From NCBI GenBank assembly GCA_965208325.1, contig OZ242326.1, positions 4,352,001 through 4,416,000 on the forward strand: a DNA stretch of 64,000 nt. The letters run 5' to 3'. Under the pieces are notes generated by a model. The model saw only the letters and a program-made list of their open reading frames with translations. It was not told the DNA's origin and searched no databases. Shown piece by piece: positions 60,568-64,000 of this stretch (its first letter is position 1; every line of letters starts with the position of its first letter). The translations under genes were made by a program, and so were the position numbers. The DNA comes from Candidatus Poribacteria bacterium (lineage in GTDB: Bacteria; Poribacteria; WGA-4E; PCPOR2b).

Positions 60568-62853
60568 ATGTTCTCAAAAGCGGCAGAACTCGCCCGATCA
60601 AAACTGGGCGGTTCGGCTTCGGATCCAGGTTCGGGGCACGGCTTCGGCACGGCGCCGGTCTTCCTCGCCTCGGTGAGCACCATTCTCGGCGCGATTCTCT
60701 TTTTGCGGTTCGGTTACGCTGTGGCGCACGTCGGGCTGGGGCTGACGCTTGTAGTTATTGCCCTCGGCCATTTTGTGACTATTCCCACGGTTCTGGCGGT
60801 GTCCGAAATTGCCACGAACCGGCGGGTGGCGGGCGGCGGCGCGTACTTCATCGTTAGCCGCTCATTCGGCATGAGCATCGGCGGCGCGATCGGCATTGCG
60901 CTTTATCTTTCCCAAGCGATTTCGGTGGCGTTCTACATGGTAGCTTTCGCCGAAGCCTTTAAGCCGGTGTATCAATTGGCTGCGGAAGCGGAGACGATTA
61001 AATGGATTGATAAGGTGTCCGACCCCCGCTGGGTTAGCCTCCCCTTTACATGCCTGCTCATCGCTCTCATGCTAACGCGAGGCGCCAACCTGGGTGTGCG
61101 TGCACTGTGGGCTGTGTGCTGCCTGCTTGCAGCGGCAATTGCCGCATTCCTGCTAGGAAAACCCCCCGACGGCACGGAGCTAAACGGCCTCAACGTGACG
61201 GCGCGTATTGATAAAAACGACGGTTTCGGTACAGTTTTCGCCATATGTTTCCCGGCGTTCACGGGGATGATTGCGGGCTTGGGGCTATCGGGGGACCTGA
61301 AGAACCCTCAACGCAGCATACCGCTCGGTACCATCGGGGCAACGTTTGCTGGAATGGTAATTTACACTTTGGTCGCCGTAAAACTTGCACTAAGCGCGAC
61401 GCCCGAAGACCTCGCGGAGGATTATTTCATCATGGCAAAGATTGCCATCTGGCCACCCATAATATACATCGGGTTAGCCGCAGCGGCGCTGTCGTCCGCA
61501 CTCGGCTCTATCATGGTGGCGCCGAGAACACTGCAAGCGCTGGCACGCGACAACGTGTTGCCGATTCCCAAACTGAATCGCCTTTTGGAAAAGGGGTTGG
61601 GCAAGGCGCAGGAGCCGTTTTATGCGACTTGCGTGTCGGGCGCGATTGCAATCGTATTCGTGGTTCTAGGCGGTGTGGACACTATCGCCCGGATTCTTAC
61701 GATGTTCTTCATGGTGACGTACGGCGCGCTCTGTGCGGTGTCGTTCCTCGAATACTTCTCGGGCAACCCGTCGTACCGCCCGACATTCCACACTCGCTGG
61801 TATTTATCGCTGCTCGGCGCGGTGATGTGTGGTTTGATGATGATTCGGATAGACATTCTTTACACGATTCTCGCACTGCTTCTGATGATAGCGGTATATA
61901 TCGGGCTGCGGCGCAGCCGACACGGGCAGCGCGACTTGACAGCGATTTTTCAAGGGACGATGTTCCAGCTTACGCGGCGGCTGCAGATTTTCCTGCAGAA
62001 GAGCCGCGCTATCTCCACTAAAGACGGATGGCGGCCGTCAATTGTCGCAGTGACGCGATTCGGCGAACGCCGCCTTGGGCACTTCGACCTGCTCCGATGG
62101 ATTTGCCACCGGCACGGATTCGGCCAGTTCATCCAGTTCTCGGAGGGTGAATATTCATTTTCGAGCGAGGTTACCGCACGCCTCGGCGTTGACGAGTTGA
62201 TTCAGCGAACAGAAGTAAGCCGTGCCGGCATCTTTGTCGATTCGCTGATTTGCCCGTCGTTTCAGCTTGCGATAGCACAAACCCTGCAGATGCCGGGGGT
62301 CTCCGGTTTGCCCAACAACTGTGTTTTGCTGGAGTTCCATCAAGATAATCCTGAAGAGATTAAGGAGGTCGAGCAGGGTGCGCGACTGGCGGCGAATGCG
62401 ATGTTCAACGTGTTGATTTTGCGATCGACCAAATACCGATTCGGCTACCGGTCGTCCATTCATGTCTGGGTAACGGAGGATACCTTGGCAAACGCGCCGA
62501 TGATGTTAATGTTCGCATATATCATTGTCGGCCATCCGGAATGGAAACGCGCCGAGATTAAGCTATTCGGCTGCTTCGATTCGACGGAAGCCGGGCGTGA
62601 GGTAAACAAACTCTCGACGCTCATGACGGAAGGGCGGCTGCCAATCTCGACGCATAACGTGACGTCCGTATCTTGCAGCCTGGACGAGCTGGAGGAAGAG
62701 GTATTCCACCGATCCTCGCAGGCTGACTTGGTAATTGCGGGCTTAAAAGCGGACAGCGCCGAACCGCGCCCAGTGGCTGACGCATTGCGGCATTATGAAC
62801 GCGCGAACGAGGTGCTATTGGTGCATTCCAGCGAGCAGATATCAATCCGATAA
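60568..62853 (+). CDS. APC-superfamily transporter, cation-chloride cotransporter (SLC12)-like, with C-terminal cytosolic domain
   Basis: TILGAILFLRFG, SEIATN..V.GGG.Y...SRS.G...GG.IG, FPAFTG..AG...SGDL..P..SIP.GT, SAL....APR.LQALARD, WRP. Confidence 0.88.
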   Translation: MFSKAAELARSKLGGSASDPGSGHGFGTAPVFLASVSTILGAILFLRFGYAVAHVGLGLTLVVIALGHFVTIPTVLAVSEIATNRRVAGGGAYFIVSRSFGMSIGGAIGIALYLSQAISVAFYMVAFAEAFKPVYQLAAEAETIKWIDKVSDPRWVSLPFTCLLIALMLTRGANLGVRALWAVCCLLAAAIAAFLLGKPPDGTELNGLNVTARIDKNDGFGTVFAICFPAFTGMIAGLGLSGDLKNPQRSIPLGTIGATFAGMVIYTLVAVKLALSATPEDLAEDYFIMAKIAIWPPIIYIGLAAAALSSALGSIMVAPRTLQALARDNVLPIPKLNRLLEKGLGKAQEPFYATCVSGAIAIVFVVLGGVDTIARILTMFFMVTYGALCAVSFLEYFSGNPSYRPTFHTRWYLSLLGAVMCGLMMIRIDILYTILALLLMIAVYIGLRRSRHGQRDLTAIFQGTMFQLTRRLQIFLQKSRAISTKDGWRPSIVAVTRFGERRLGHFDLLRWICHRHGFGQFIQFSEGEYSFSSEVTARLGVDELIQRTEVSRAGIFVDSLICPSFQLAIAQTLQMPGVSGLPNNCVLLEFHQDNPEEIKEVEQGARLAANAMFNVLILRSTKYRFGYRSSIHVWVTEDTLANAPMMLMFAYIIVGHPEWKRAEIKLFGCFDSTEAGREVNKLSTLMTEGRLPISTHNVTSVSCSLDELEEEVFHRSSQADLVIAGLKADSAEPRPVADALRHYERANEVLLVHSSEQISIR

Positions 62854-62935
62854 CCGGAACCGCCTTTCAATTTTAATGCCATGATTAAGGAATAACTTCG
62901 CTACTCATATTTGGCTATTTTTGCTGAAATCACCA

Positions 62936-64000
62936 ATGTTTGACCGGTTGAAGAACAAATTTAAATTCAACATTGAGCACTTCCTCTTACGCGGTGCGTA
63001 TGCCAGATTGCTATTCATAGCATCGTTAATTGGCTTGGTTGCCAGCGCCGGGGGATTGCTTGTGCAGGTTACCGACGGTTCTTTTGTAGAAAAAAAATCC
63101 GCTATCTGGTGGGCGTTTTTGCGGTTGACCGATCCGGGGTATTTGGGAGATGACGAGGGTTTGCCGCGCCGCGTGATATCCACGGTGTTAACAGTGCTTG
63201 GATACGTCCTTTTCATGGGTTCGTTAATTGCAATTTTGACCCAGTGGCTGAATCAGAAAATTCGTGATTTTGAACGCGGTTTAACCCCGATTGTGCGGCG
63301 AAATCACATTTTAATTCTGGGCTGGACGAATCGTACACCGGCGGTTGTAGAGGAATTGATGCGTTCCGGGGAACGTGTGCATAGATTTTTGAAACTGCGG
63401 GGCGCGCGCGGATTACACGTCGTCATTTTGTCCGAGGAGGTAAGTCTGGAGCGCACTATTGAATTACGCAACATCCTTGGACCTTTGTGGGACGCTCGAA
63501 GGATTACCTTTCGGTCAGGCACTGCGCTCAGGATGGAGCATTTAGAACGAGTAGACTACCAAAACGCGAGTGCCATCATTCTTCCCGGCGCCGATTTTGC
63601 CTATGGCGGTGCGAACGAATCCGATATGCGCATCGTCAAAACGCTGTTAACAATAGCGAATCAGTTTCATAGCGACAGCGATAAAACGTTGCCGTTATTG
63701 GTAACAGAACTGTTTGATTTTAACAAGACTGCCATGTTGCAGAAATCGTATCAAGGCATTTTAGAGATTTTGGCAACCGATGTGTTTATTACGAGATGTA
63801 TGGCGCAAACCGTCCGCCACCCCGGACTTTCGCTTCTTATCCAGCAAATTTTGACACACAGGCGCGGTAATTCAATTCATATTCGCACAATTAAATCTGT
63901 TACGGGAAATTGTTGCGGCGATTTGGCGGGCGCTTGCCCAAGAGCAATTCTGCTCGGCGTGGTGCGTTTTGAAGAAGATAAATTTCGACCTTTGCTGAGT
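62936..64000 (+). CDS. CASTOR/POLLUX/DMI1-like cation channel with RCK domain (3' truncated)
   Basis: Manual translation: MFDRLKNKFKFNIEHFLLRG...IWWAFLRLTDPGYLGDD...LG...FMG.LI.I...RG.TP....HILILGW; absent from the ORF track, presumably because no stop lies inside the window. Confidence 0.82.
   Translation, partial: MFDRLKNKFKFNIEHFLLRGAYARLLFIASLIGLVASAGGLLVQVTDGSFVEKKSAIWWAFLRLTDPGYLGDDEGLPRRVISTVLTVLGYVLFMGSLIAILTQWLNQKIRDFERGLTPIVRRNHILILGWTNRTPAVVEELMRSGERVHRFLKLRGARGLHVVILSEEVSLERTIELRNILGPLWDARRITFRSGTALRMEHLERVDYQNASAIILPGADFAYGGANESDMRIVKTLLTIANQFHSDSDKTLPLLVTELFDFNKTAMLQKSYQGILEILATDVFITRCMAQTVRHPGLSLLIQQILTHRRGNSIHIRTIKSVTGNCCGDLAGACPRAILLGVVRFEEDKFRPLLS

Noticed and set aside
62905..63672. 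Short ORFs listed in the track at the right end
   Set aside because: They overlap the long + strand channel frame starting at 62936

Overview
Bacterial chromosomal window. Gene content resembles Candidatus Poribacteria or a related lineage (inferred from secreted WD40, TolB-like, LamG, TPR and FG-GAP proteins; not proven). Left: carB 3' end, long-type GAPDH, rsmB, a sugar ABC ATPase, a 2-hydroxyacid dehydrogenase, a polytopic membrane protein and a hexaheme cytochrome c. From 9.4 to 38 kb is a minus-strand block of mostly secreted repeat proteins: 4 WD40+FlgD/T9SS-CTD-like, 3 TolB/PD40, 3 LamG-like, 2 TPR, 2 FG-GAP/ASPIC, an FGE-domain and a DUF4159-like protein. Ten of them share a short 'V.P..[KN]..TT[WL]G.IK'-like segment at or near the C-terminus, a candidate sorting signal. 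A sigma54 promoter with a paired enhancer lies upstream of the WD40 quartet. A complete F0F1 ATP synthase operon is led by a Na+/H+ antiporter-like gene. It is interrupted by a four-helix-bundle gene plus pseudocopy set in inverted heptamer arrays, and by a DddK/DddW-like cupin plus a lipoprotein. Right: a 2-kb array of six ~325-bp REP-derived units behind a sigma70 promoter, cstA, a UGA(Sec)-recoded peroxiredoxin-like fusion, a serine hydrolase, a cation-chloride cotransporter-like gene and a partial CASTOR/POLLUX-like channel. An IS5-like MITE family carrying a variable-length REP array occurs 2-3 times. No rRNA, tRNA or true CRISPR array was recognised.
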